From the NCBI RefSeq assembly GCF_000195855.1, contig NC_002677.1, positions 1,650,001-1,682,000 of the forward strand: 32,000 nt of DNA, given 5' to 3'. The position numbers and the translations under genes were made by a program. Positions 1-9,669 of the stretch are shown piece by piece. Under the pieces are notes generated by a model. That model did no database searches. It had not been told where the DNA came from and was given only the letters and a program-made list of their open reading frames with translations. Position 1 is the first letter of the stretch; each line of letters starts with the position of its first letter. This DNA comes from Mycobacterium leprae TN (GTDB taxonomy: Bacteria > Actinomycetota > Actinomycetes > Mycobacteriales > Mycobacteriaceae).

Positions 1-943
1 CGTCAAACCCCTCGTCGACTTCGGGTACACGCTCTCCAGCGGCGGCCAAAGCCTCAAACAACCGGTCACGTAACACCCGGAACTCTAGGTTGTCGAAGAG
101 CCGGTGAATTCGGTCGCGATCCCACGGCTGCAGCCGCAGCGTGTCCGAGGTTTGCACCAACGGCACATCTTTGACAAGCTCTGTGAGCTCTCGGTTGCGC
201 ACCACGCTGGCTAGATGCGTCCGCAACGCTTCGCCCACCTTGCCGCGGACCGACTCGACATTGTCGACCAGCCCTTGTAGCGAACCGTAATCGACGATCC
301 ACTTGGCGGCGGTCTTTTCCCCCACGCCGGGAATACCGGGCAGATTGTCGCTGGGATCGCCACGTAGCGCCGCTAAGTCGGGGTACTGCGCCGGCGTCAC
401 CCCGTACTTCTCGATAACAGCCTCTGGTGTGAAGCGGGTGAGTTCGCTAACGCCTTTACGAGGATAGAGCACCGTCACGTCGTTGCTGACCAGCTGAAGT
501 GCGTCGCGGTCACCGGTGACCACCAGCACACGGTAACCCTCGTTTTCGGCTTGAGTAGCCAACGTCGCGATGAGGTCGTCAGCCTCGAATCCAGCCTCAG
601 CGAACACCGTGATACCCAGCGCACCTAAGACTTCCTTAGTGATGTCGATCTGGCCGTGGAACTCAGCGGGGATTGATGACCGATTAGCCTTGTATCCCGC
701 ATAGCACTCGGAGCGAAACGTTTTCCGCGATACATCGAACGCCGCAGCGATATGCGTTGGAGCCTCCTCACGCAGCAAGTTGATCAGCATGGCGGTGAAG
801 CCGTACACCGCGTTGGTGGTGAGGCCACCGCGGGTCTTGAAATTCTCTGTTGGCAGTGCGTAAAATGCGCGAAATGCCAGCGAATTGCCGTCCAGCAGCA
901 TCAGCATTGGCTTGGTGTGGTCTTCGCAGACTTCAGCGGTCAT
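1..943 (-). CDS. polA: DNA polymerase I, N-terminal 5'-3' exonuclease region (partial; the rest lies beyond the window start)
   Basis: Open minus-strand frame from the window edge to ATG at 943-941. It is absent from the ORF track because it runs off the edge. My translation is MTAEVCEDHTKPMLMLLDGNSLAFRAFYALPTENFKTRGGLTTNAVYGFTAMLINLL...VVTGDRDALQL...GIPGVGEKTAAKWI, the classic Pol I 5'-nuclease signature. An alternative GTG lies at 955-953, and an in-frame TGA at 961-959 bounds the start. Confidence 0.93.
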   Translation of the reverse strand, partial: MTAEVCEDHTKPMLMLLDGNSLAFRAFYALPTENFKTRGGLTTNAVYGFTAMLINLLREEAPTHIAAAFDVSRKTFRSECYAGYKANRSSIPAEFHGQIDITKEVLGALGITVFAEAGFEADDLIATLATQAENEGYRVLVVTGDRDALQLVSNDVTVLYPRKGVSELTRFTPEAVIEKYGVTPAQYPDLAALRGDPSDNLPGIPGVGEKTAAKWIVDYGSLQGLVDNVESVRGKVGEALRTHLASVVRNRELTELVKDVPLVQTSDTLRLQPWDRDRIHRLFDNLEFRVLRDRLFEALAAAGERVPEVDEGFD

Positions 944-974
944 TGCTGCACTCACGGCTCATACTCTAGGGTCT

Positions 975-1700
975 CGTGTTTGTGTCTGTGGCGGTGAGTT
1001 GTTCGGTTGGTTTCATAGGTGGTGGGTGAAATGGCTGTTTTTGCGTTTTATGACTGGCCGATATGTTCGGTAGTCGTGGGGGGCAGCCCGGAATCCTGTT
1101 GACGTGTTTTGCTGTGTTGCGGGGTTTTTGTTGGTGGGTGGCTGACTGCCTGCTTTCGATGAGGCTTCGTGTGCTTTGCCGCAGTGGACACGATTAGCGC
1201 GGCGCACGTAAGCATGTCGGTGGTGGGTGCTGCTTGGTCTACATGTTGATGATGCCAGGGGCTGGGCACCTGGGCTGTGCTGAAGGCGATATCGATGCAG
1301 GCGTGAGTGTGAGGATAGTTGTTAGCGCCGCGGGGTAGGGGCGTTTTAGTGTGCATGTCATGGCCTTGAGGTGTCGGCGTGGTCAATGTGGCCGCACCTG
1401 AACAGGCACGTCCCCGTGCACGGTATAACTATTCGCACCTGATGTTATCCCTTGCACCATTTCTGCCGCTGGTATCGGTGTCGGCGGCTTGTTGACCGGC
1501 CCTCAGCCAGCAAGCAGGCATGCCGCCGGGTGCAGCAGTATCGTGTTAGTGAACAGTGCATCGATGATCCGGCCGTCGGCGGCACATACGGCAACCTTCT
1601 AGCGCAGATCAACCACCCACACCCCACCAGCCCACCACAACACCACCCAAACCAAACCAGCAAAAAATAACCACCAAATGACCATCACGACGACACCTTG
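975..1700 (+). repeat. RLEP, the M. leprae-specific dispersed repeat (boundaries approximate, +/-100 bp)
   Basis: Exact matches to RLEP assay oligos, recalled from memory. LP1 TGCATGTCATGGCCTTGAGG is at 1352-1371 and the LP2 complement at 1461-1480, giving a 129-bp amplicon. Nested LP3 is at 1367-1384 and the LP4 complement at 1448-1465, giving 99 bp. The qPCR forward primer GCAGCAGTATCGTGTTAGTGAA is at 1532-1553, the probe TCGATGATCCGGCCGTCGGCG at 1561-1581, and the reverse-primer complement at 1585-1604. The GT-rich left part (about 975-1140) mirrors the CA-rich right part (about 1610-1700). There is no credible coding frame. Confidence 0.9.
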
Positions 1701-1820
1701 AAGTCTAAACGGACAAGTTACTGGTTACTGGCCGGGCGCGGCTTTACCCGATAGCAGCGGACGGCTGTCAACGCGATACTTCACGCCCCCATGGCCAAGA
1801 CGGCTCACTGAGCAATGATT

Positions 1821-2429
1821 TCAGTCACCGCCTAGAATCGCACTTCGCGCCTGGCAGATGAAATCATAGTCAGCTCGGGTAAGAACGATCGAGTCTATCC
1901 TAGACCCCAAACACCACACGATGTCGATCACGCACTGAATGGTCGGCAGCACGAAAAGCGTCGTAAGTGCCGCCTCGCTGCCCGGTAGGAACTGCGGCAG
2001 CATCGCGATCCCGAGGGTGGCCGCTTTAGGGTTGGCGGTGATCGAAACTAACTCACGCACGCGATGTTGTAGCCGACGTCCTGCCTCGAGGCGCGACGCG
2101 ATAGGGACCTCGATATAGAGATATTTTGGTTACTTTAAGCGTTACGCCACGCATTGGTGCCGAGTCAGACCAGGATTGCCGCCTTGATGACGTGCAGCAT
2201 CACCGACAGTGTGCGGTTGCCCGTCTCAGTCACACCGCCAATCCGACGCCGCCGGCCATGGGTCCAGCCTAACAACCCGATTTCGTTGCCGACCACGGCC
2301 ACCAGACCTGCCGCACGACCGAACCGGACCGGAATGGCGCAGCAACAACGCGATGGCGGGACCGGGAAGAACGACAAGGATAACGCAGGCCAGCAAGAAG
2401 GCCGGCAGCACGTTGACCAAATATTGCAT
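1821..2429 (-). pseudogene. LysE/RhtB-family amino-acid exporter, frameshifted pseudogene
   Basis: The N-terminal piece, reading down from 2429, is MQYLVNVLPAFLLACVILVVLPGPAIALLL. The middle piece is in another frame (2377->2165): GRAAGLVAVVGNEIGLLGW...TLSVMLHVIKAAILV. The C-terminal piece returns to the first frame (2060->1821): ANPKAATLGIAMLPQFLPG, the NPK...LPQF hallmark of the family. That makes at least two frameshifts. The total span of about 200 codons fits the family size. Confidence 0.7.
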
Positions 2430-2727
2430 GATCCATGATCGGAGTAGGGAGTATATCGGATGAGTCAAGCTGTTTTGTTAGCATCGTTTTTGCGGTAGGT
2501 GGTGGATGCGGCCAGCGAATCAGCAGCTTCATGCCATCTTGACGCTGTCCTCATCCTCAGGTGACGAGGTGGTGGCTAAGTGTGTATTTTCGGTGAGTCA
2601 AAGCGCGGGTTTGTCCAGCATGTGCACAGTCGAGTAGCCTCGGCAGGTAATCGCCCGCCCAGGATGGCGGGTAATAAATAATGCCAATTGTCCCTACGAG
2701 TGAGCATGTCCGGAGCAACCCAACAAC

Positions 2728-4173
2728 ATGTCAATTCCCGCCGTCCCCTCGCCCCAAATAGCCGTCAATGACGTAGGCTCCAGCGAGGACTTTCTTGCCG
2801 CAATAGACAAAACGATCAAGTACTTTAACGATGGCGACATCGTCGAAGGCACCATCGTTAAAGTGGACCGGGACGAGGTGCTCCTTGACATCGGATACAA
2901 GACCGAAGGGGTAATTCCCGCCCGCGAACTCTCCATCAAACACGACGTCGACCCCAATGAGGTCGTTTCTGTGGGCGACGAGGTGGAGGCTCTGGTACTT
3001 ACCAAAGAGGACAAAGAGGGGCGGCTCATCCTGTCCAAGAAGCGTGCGCAGTACGAGCGCGCGTGGGGCACCATCGAGGCACTTAAGGAGAAGGATGAGG
3101 CTGTCAAGGGCATCGTCATCGAGGTGGTCAAGGGCGGTCTGATCCTCGATATCGGGTTGCGTGGCTTCCTACCTGCCTCGTTGGTGGAGATGCGCCGTGT
3201 TCGCGATCTGCAACCGTACATCGGCAAGGAGATCGAGGCCAAGATCATCGAGCTAGACAAAAACCGCAACAACGTGGTATTATCGCGGCGGGCTTGGCTG
3301 GAACAGACCCAATCCGAGGTGCGCAGTGAATTCCTCAATCAGCTGCAGAAGGGTGCTATACGCAAGGGTGTAGTATCGTCCATCGTAAACTTTGGTGCGT
3401 TTGTCGATCTGGGCGGTGTAGACGGTTTGGTGCACGTCTCCGAACTGTCCTGGAAGCACATCGACCATCCGTCCGAGGTGGTCCAGGTGGGGAATGAAGT
3501 TACCGTCGAGGTTCTCGACGTTGATATGGACCGCGAGCGGGTTTCGTTGTCTCTCAAAGCAACTCAGGAAGACCCGTGGCGGCATTTTGCCCGCACCCAC
3601 GCCATCGGGCAAATCGTGCCAGGTAAGGTGACCAAGTTGGTTCCGTTTGGTGCCTTCGTTCGTGTTGAGGAAGGCATCGAAGGTCTGGTGCACATCTCGG
3701 AGCTGGCCGAACGGCACGTCGAGGTGCCTGACCAGGTGGTTGCTGTCGGCGACGATGCGATGGTCAAAGTCATTGACATCGACTTGGAGCGACGCCGGAT
3801 TTCGCTGTCGTTGAAGCAGGCCAACGAGGACTACATCGAGGAGTTCGACCCGGCAAAGTACGGTATGGCCGACAGCTACGACGAGCAGGGCAACTACATC
3901 TTCCCTGAGGGCTTTGATCCCGACTCCAACGAGTGGCTAGAGGGTTTTGACACCCAGCGCGCCGAATGGGAGGCCCGTTACGCTGAAGCCGAACGTCGCT
4001 ACAAGATGCACACCATCCAAATGGAGAAGTTCGCTGCAACCGAGGAGGCCGGACACGGCAGTAGCGAGCAGCCCCCGGCCAGCAGTACACCTTCGGCGAA
4101 GGCCACGGGTGGGTCGCTGGCTAGCGATGCCCAACTAGCAGCTTTACGGGAAAAGCTCGCCGGCAGCGCATAA
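2728..4173 (+). CDS. rpsA: 30S ribosomal protein S1
   Basis: A 481-aa ORF with repeated S1 domains (GDIVEGTIVKVD..., KGIVIEVVKGGLILDIG, KGVVSSIVNFGAFVDLGGVDGLVHVSEL, GKVTKLVPFGAFVRVEEGIEGLVHISEL). It is near-identical to my recollection of mycobacterial RpsA, including the C-terminal LAALREKLAGSA. Confidence 0.98.
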   Translation: MSIPAVPSPQIAVNDVGSSEDFLAAIDKTIKYFNDGDIVEGTIVKVDRDEVLLDIGYKTEGVIPARELSIKHDVDPNEVVSVGDEVEALVLTKEDKEGRLILSKKRAQYERAWGTIEALKEKDEAVKGIVIEVVKGGLILDIGLRGFLPASLVEMRRVRDLQPYIGKEIEAKIIELDKNRNNVVLSRRAWLEQTQSEVRSEFLNQLQKGAIRKGVVSSIVNFGAFVDLGGVDGLVHVSELSWKHIDHPSEVVQVGNEVTVEVLDVDMDRERVSLSLKATQEDPWRHFARTHAIGQIVPGKVTKLVPFGAFVRVEEGIEGLVHISELAERHVEVPDQVVAVGDDAMVKVIDIDLERRRISLSLKQANEDYIEEFDPAKYGMADSYDEQGNYIFPEGFDPDSNEWLEGFDTQRAEWEARYAEAERRYKMHTIQMEKFAATEEAGHGSSEQPPASSTPSAKATGGSLASDAQLAALREKLAGSA

Positions 4174-4199
4174 TAACTGTTCTGGGTCGTATTCGTGTA

Positions 4200-5432
4200 A
4201 TGCTGTGCATCGGGATCACCGGTGGCATCGGCGCCGGGAAGTCTTTGCTGTCTAGTACGTTCTCACAGTGTGGTGGGATCGTCGTCGACGGCGATGTGCT
4301 GGCACGCGAAGTGGTGCAGCCCGGCACCAAAGGATTGTCATCGCTGGTCGATGCATTTGGTCAGGACATCCTGCTTCCTGGCGGTGCGTTGGATCGGCGG
4401 GCTTTGGCTGTCAAGGCTTTTCGAGACGACGCGGCGCGCAATGTGCTTAACGGGATTGTGCACCCACTGGTGGCCAACCGCCGCGCGGAGATCATTGCGG
4501 CGATATCCGAGGACGCGGTTGTGGTCGAAGACATTCCTCTGCTGGTGGAATCCGGGATGGCGCACCTGTTCCCGCTGGTCGTTGTGGTGCATGCCGACGT
4601 CGAACTGCGAGTACGCAGGCTGGTTGAGCAACGTGGTGTGGCCGAAACGGATGCGCGTGCCAGGATCGCTGCACAGGCTAGCGATGAGGAGCGTCGTGCT
4701 GTTGCTGATGTCTGGTTAGACAATTCAAGTACACCAGAGGTTTTGGTCCAACGGGCTCGTGACCTATGGTACCATCGCATATTGCCGTTCGCCTACAACC
4801 TGAGTCAGCGTCAGGCGGTCTATGCACCGGCAGGTTTGGTCACGTCTGATCCGATCTGGCTGGGGCAGGCGAAGCGCATTGTTGCTCGGCTGAAGACCAC
4901 GTGTGGCCATAAGGCGTTACGCGTTGACCACATCGGCTCGACCGCGGTGCCGCATTATCCAGGTTTTCCTGATTTTCAGGCCAAAGACATCATCGACATT
5001 CAGATCACCGTCGAGTCACTAGCGATGGCTGACGAACTCGCCGACCCTCTGTTGTCTGCCGGGTACCCGCGCCTGGAGCACGTCACCGGTGATGCCGCCA
5101 AGACCAATGCCCGCAGCACCGTAGATCGCTACGAACACAGTAGCGACCCAAATTTATGGCACAAGAGGTTTCATGCCTCTGCAGACCCCGGTCGACCGAC
5201 ATACGTGCATATCCGGGTGGCTGGCTGGCCGAATCAGCAATTCGGTTTGCTGTTCGTCGACTGGTTGAAAGCTAACCCGGGTGTGCGTGCCGACTACTTG
5301 GACGTCAAACGCACGGCGGACCGGCTGGCGGCCGGAGACATGGGCCGTTACGCCGACGCGAAGGAACCATGGCTCCTCGACGCCTACCGGCGAGCGTGGG
5401 AGTGGGCCGACTCCACGGGTTGGCGGCTCTAG
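4200..5432 (+). CDS. coaE: Dephospho-CoA kinase with C-terminal GrpB/UPF0157-like domain
   Basis: A 410-aa ORF. It has an N-terminal P-loop (IGITGGIGAGKS) and a CoaE core. The long C-terminal half (HIGSTAV...DIIDIQITV...WPNQQFGLLFVDWL) matches the two-domain mycobacterial CoaE (Rv1631 type). It sits directly downstream of rpsA, as in M. tuberculosis. Confidence 0.95.
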   Translation: MLCIGITGGIGAGKSLLSSTFSQCGGIVVDGDVLAREVVQPGTKGLSSLVDAFGQDILLPGGALDRRALAVKAFRDDAARNVLNGIVHPLVANRRAEIIAAISEDAVVVEDIPLLVESGMAHLFPLVVVVHADVELRVRRLVEQRGVAETDARARIAAQASDEERRAVADVWLDNSSTPEVLVQRARDLWYHRILPFAYNLSQRQAVYAPAGLVTSDPIWLGQAKRIVARLKTTCGHKALRVDHIGSTAVPHYPGFPDFQAKDIIDIQITVESLAMADELADPLLSAGYPRLEHVTGDAAKTNARSTVDRYEHSSDPNLWHKRFHASADPGRPTYVHIRVAGWPNQQFGLLFVDWLKANPGVRADYLDVKRTADRLAAGDMGRYADAKEPWLLDAYRRAWEWADSTGWRL

Positions 5433-6086
5433 GTGGGCCCTAAGTAGACATGGACGTGTCGGGGGATCGCGGCAACCGTTTATGGGATTTGGTACTTCCG
5501 GGTGTCGGTCTAAAACTAATTTTGTTTTGGTCGACTTGGGTGAAAAGGTGATCTCCCACGATGATATCGCAAGTGCACGTTCGTCTAGTAGGGTCAATGA
5601 AGCAAAATCTGCATGTTGGCTTGCTGCGGGCCAGCCAGCACCACGTCGGCATGGAATACGTTGCCGGGCAATCAAGCATCAGGCCAGTGGTATTCCTTTA
5701 ACCACCAGTGGTCACGAAGGCGACCTGGCTCCCGATTGTCGCCCCATCGACTTGGCCGACATAGGCGATCTTGTGGAGATCGGTACGCACACAGTCGCCA
5801 AGCTTAACTGGGAGACAGCGGCGATGACCGTGACGGCGGCGATTAGCATTTGCCAGGGCTTGCTGGAGCGCATAGTTGCTGCAATTACGCCCACTGTCGA
5901 TCGCTAGTCACATGGGCCACAGTTGGCTGTGGGAATTTTTGAGTTGGTTATCGCTGACGTTACGTGATTCACCAGTGTAGTATTGTATATGATATCGCAT
6001 TAAGGAGTCGCCTGTTAGTTTAGCCGCTCGCCAAGATGGGTGAAACGATCGGCTCGGGACTGTGGCCGGACCGGCCGCCTGTCGGC

Positions 6087-6413
6087 TTAGTTCCCACTCC
6101 AGGTGATTTTCATGCCTTGGGCAGCTAGCCAGCGTGAGAGAGTGTAGTCGTTGCGGGCTAGGCCGTCGACCGTGGCTACGGCACGCCGGACCGCCTGCTC
6201 GGCGACCTCTAGGGTCAGCAGACCGTGACGGACGGCATCCAGCAGTTCGTCGACATCGGCCAGTCTTGCCACGGCCCCGGTGCGAACCTCGATGTCGAGA
6301 TAATGGTCTTCAGAACGCCACACGACTGGGCCAGGCGTATATTCGCCCACATCGAGGTAGTAGTCATGGTCGCTTTCCTGGCCCGGGTTAAAGTGGAAAA
6401 CCGTGGCGCGCAA
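6087..6413 (-). CDS. DUF402 (FomD/Ntdp-like) family protein. The coordinates give the minimal ORF from TTG 6413; the conserved open frame continues upstream to 6602.
   Basis: The 108-aa ORF carries the DUF402 core HDYYLDVGEY...EDHYLDIEVRTG...LADVDELLDAVRHGLLT. The same frame stays open for 63 more codons upstream (GDIIHPPKHETFDLVARTNTDPKGIVRAVDQYTVQPWGLYVARPTPGRAQFHYLESWLLPSLG), which reads like the family N-terminus. That stretch contains no ATG, GTG or TTG and is capped by TAA at 6605-6603. By position this is the Rv1632c equivalent. Confidence 0.6.
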   Translation of the reverse strand: MRATVFHFNPGQESDHDYYLDVGEYTPGPVVWRSEDHYLDIEVRTGAVARLADVDELLDAVRHGLLTLEVAEQAVRRAVATVDGLARNDYTLSRWLAAQGMKITWSGN

Positions 6414-6633
6414 GCCCAGGGATGGAAGCAGCCACGACTCGAGATAATGGAATTGAGCTCGGCCGGGAGTGGGTCGAGCAACATAAAGCCCCCACGGTTG
6501 AACCGTGTACTGGTCGACGGCCCGGACAATCCCTTTGGGATCGGTGTTGGTCCGGGCGACTAGGTCGAACGTCTCATGCTTGGGTGGATGTATAATGTCA
6601 CCTTATAGCGATTCAGCGGCCTCTAATGGCCCG

Positions 6634-9200
6634 TTAGCGGCGGAGCCAGCCAGATTTTCCGCCGCACAAAATTGGCATACACATAGAAATAATGCAGCTG
6701 GCATGCCCATGTTGAACAGCCAAATCTTCGACTTGCGGTGCCAAAGCCGGTATTCGGTGAGCATTGAAGGCGGTGTCAGGGCTCGCATATTGATCGTTGA
6801 TGCCGCCGCGGTGTAGCCCGCCCAGCGGGCAGGCATTGCGCAAGAAAGTTTGGTCGAGCCCAAGTCGGCTGGCTACCGCGACCATCCCCCCGCACAAAAT
6901 CAGCTTCGCCATCATCGACACCACGAACAGCACCATTATATATCATGTCTCGTGAGAGCGTATCAGCGCTAAGATGGCCAGGCCAAGGATGGATTAGGCC
7001 ATACGTGTCGTGGCCGACAGTCACAAACAGCTCGGTAGTAGCCGCGAAAAGTGTGGCGCTCAACAGCACAGCGCCACAGGTCGGCGCGCTCTTGTCGAGA
7101 AACCATGGTCGTGGTGATGATTGCCGACTGCAGGATGACAAACGTGCAGAAGACTGCGGTTTTAGCAAGCCGATAAGCCGTGGTCGACAATCCGACCGCT
7201 TGTTCGTGTTGAAAGGTCGCGCGTTCGCTAACTCGGTTGTGGATTGTCAGCGCGGTGCCGATGAAGGCCGTGGCGAGGGCTGAGCAGGTTCAGCACCTGA
7301 GTGGCTTCGTCGGGAGTGCTGGTGTGTGGGGGTATGCGCAGTCCGCTGATGCCGAGAACTGTCGGAGAAAGCGCACCTAGAATGAACGGCAGCCGCATCG
7401 GGCATAGAAAGTAAGTGCGGTGGCTACCACCAGACGGACCTGTCGGAGTGCGATGGCTGAGGATTGGTTACCGGACGTTGGTGTATGCCAGTTTACCCAG
7501 CTCGGTTGGCTCATCAACTTTGACTGGTGCCTTAAGCTGGTTTTGGTCCTGGGGCAGGAAGCGTTCGGTTGGCTTGCCCGGGATCGGCGCCCACCTTGGC
7601 CCAGTTGCTAGTTTTCATTCGCCTCGACGATGTCGTTAGGAGAGGGGTCTCGTAGTACGCCGTCTTTTCACCCGCTGTGAACAGCAGCAGCTGGTCGCAG
7701 ATAGCGCGATACCGGACAACATGTGTGTCACCACAATCACCACGCGGTCGATTGTCGGCCAACACGACGCAGCATAGTCATCACCTGGCCAGTTGACGCC
7801 AGGTCCAGGCCCGACGTCGGCTCGTCAAGGATCAGCAGCGACGACCCGGTGAGTAGCTTGAGCCCCTTCGAGGCGTGCTTGTGCTTACCGCCGGACAGAC
7901 TTGTTCACCCGGGTGTCGGTATGTTTGGCTAGATCTCGCTTTGCGAGTACCTGGGTGACGACCTTGGCACGATTGATTTTGCTGGTGTCGGGTGCGGCAG
8001 CCCTAGTGTGGCGGTGTAGTTCCGTGCCTAGTTGACTGTCAACGGGCGGTGCAGCACGTCATCTCTTGCAGGACCATCCCGATCCTGTTGTGCAACGACG
8101 CATATTCGGCGTGGACATCGTTCCCCATCTAAACTAACCTAGCCCGAAATCGAGCGAGCTTAACCTGCTATCTAGCCGCGCGAAAGCGGTTTTCCCTGCA
8201 CCGGAACCACCGATAATCGCGGTCAGCGTGTCGGGTCTGGTGAGTAATGAGATGTCATCCAGCAGTGGTTTTACGTTATCGACGGTGTCCTTGACCCCAC
8301 GCATCTCCAGCCCGCCGGTGTGCATCGCCACCTCGGTGCGCGGGAGTAGGGTGTTGTTTAGTGAACACCAGGCCGACATTGTCGATAGTGACCACGTCAC
8401 CCTCGGTCAAGATCGCTGATCCGCCGCGGGTGCCGTTGACGAACGGCCGTTAATGCTGCGGTCTCGGATTGCGGTACCACATGGCGTCAAACCTACGTGG
8501 TGTTGATAGCGGGAAGCCAAATTATCGGGGATGACGATGTCGCTGCCGTTAACACGACCAATCGTGACTGTGCTGGCCGTCTCGGATATCTGGGCGGGTC
8601 CTGGTGGACTTGCTGTGACAAGAACTTGACTATTCTCGTCTCGTCGCAAAGTTGGAAGCGTATGCTGAGAAAGTGTCGATCACCGTGCACTCGGCGGGCG
8701 GTGTCGAGTTGGGCTGAGTTGGTCACTCCGGTGTTGACCGCAGTCACCTCGTTCAGTTGGGTGCGGTGCTGCGAAGGTAGGGACTCCCGGTCTGACGTTC
8801 TGGATTCAGTGGCCAGGCGAAGGTGGATGGCCCCGAGTCTGGCATTGACCTCGTTTGTAGTGGCTGGTTGATCGTCACTTGCCGAGTTTTGATCTCGAAG
8901 GTCAGCCGCGGCCCGTGCGGACTCCCAACGTTGACCCTTCGGGTGTCGTGAATGTCGAGAACTGGCATGCGGTAACTGTTGACGTAAGTTCCGTTTAACG
9001 AACCGTTATCGATTGCCAACCACCGGCCCGGTCAAAATGCAGAATGAGGACGGATACGGGAAGATCCTTGGATCCGCGATGGGCAAATCAGCGTGCGCAT
9101 CACGTCTAAGATTACTTCATGGCCTGCCGCCAAGGACTGGTGTGACCTGTTGTGCTGAATTGTCCACACTGGCGGGACTGGTCGACTCACTACATCAGTA
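6634..9200 (-). pseudogene. ABC transporter with two N-terminal FHA domains (Rv1747-type), heavily decayed pseudogene
   Basis: The FHA-1 relic runs 9019->8753 (AIDNGSLNGTYVN...VNVGSPHGPRLTFE). The FHA-2 relic runs 8649->8407 (TIGR..SDIVIPDNLASRYQHH...IRDRSINGR). Walker A GGSGAGKT is at 8211-8188. GNDVHAEYASLHNRIGMV lies near 8125. The signature LSGG is at 7898-7887 and Walker B LLILDEPT at 7838-7815, followed by VVTH...TNWA. Hydrophobic membrane-domain relics extend down to about 6634. The pieces lie in different frames and are separated by stops. End coordinates are approximate. Confidence 0.85.
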
Positions 9201-9669
9201 TCGGTCGATTGAGTTTGTCAGCTCCATCAGACTTGCTTCTGATTTCGTTTTGTTTTCGACATAGCCAGCATCGGCCCATCGCCTATGCACATCCGGCATA
9301 ATTTGGCAATGCTGGGTGTGCAAAGAGACATATCCGGACTCCATACCGATCCCAGCCACCCAGAGTTGTTCGCCCCGCGCCGGGTTGCGATGCTACCTGC
9401 AGGCAATGTCAATGAGCAAAAGGGTAACCAAACATGGACGAGGTTAAGGGAACCCCACCCGGGGTCTGAATGCTGGGCGACGGCTGCGGAGTAACCCCAC
9501 GACATGTGCGCGGTGTTGCGTACGGGCTTTCAATCGTTGCCTTCGCCGACCGTAGCGCACCTGTTTGGCCGAGTTCCACCAGTCAGTGTGTCTCCCCTAA
9601 ATGTCTAGGCGCCCGCCGTTTCGGCGTATGGGGAGACCAGCGGGTAACGCCGCGTGATGACTAGCCGGC

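Noticed and set aside
2623-2634. Shared 12-mer TGCACAGTCGAG upstream of rpsA (2623-2634) and upstream of the USP gene (16885-16896)
   Set aside because: By rough count (about 5e8 position pairs over 4^12), tens of 12-mer coincidences are expected in 32 kb. Extending it to 14 of 15 matches is still within chance. There is no known motif.
2694-3338. 214-aa minus-strand ORF antisense to rpsA
   Set aside because: It lies entirely inside the unambiguous rpsA CDS. Its Ser/Arg/Thr/Pro-rich, low-complexity composition is typical of antisense frames in GC-rich DNA, and it has no motif.
5154-5907. Overlapping ORFs 5281-5907 (+, 208 aa) and 5154-5675 (-, 173 aa) downstream of coaE
   Set aside because: Both overlap the coaE 3' end. 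They are Arg/Pro/Gly-rich, carry no family signature and have no Shine-Dalgarno. I treat them as chance frames in a decayed spacer (see the finding on 5433-6086).
9227-9664. ORFs in the 470-bp gap between the FHA-ABC relic and the kinase relic (9227-9505 minus, 9285-9494 plus, 9470-9664 plus), tested as a possible idi (Rv1745c-like) remnant
   Set aside because: No Nudix or IDI-like motif appears in any frame I translated. These are most likely a decayed intergenic or 5' region.
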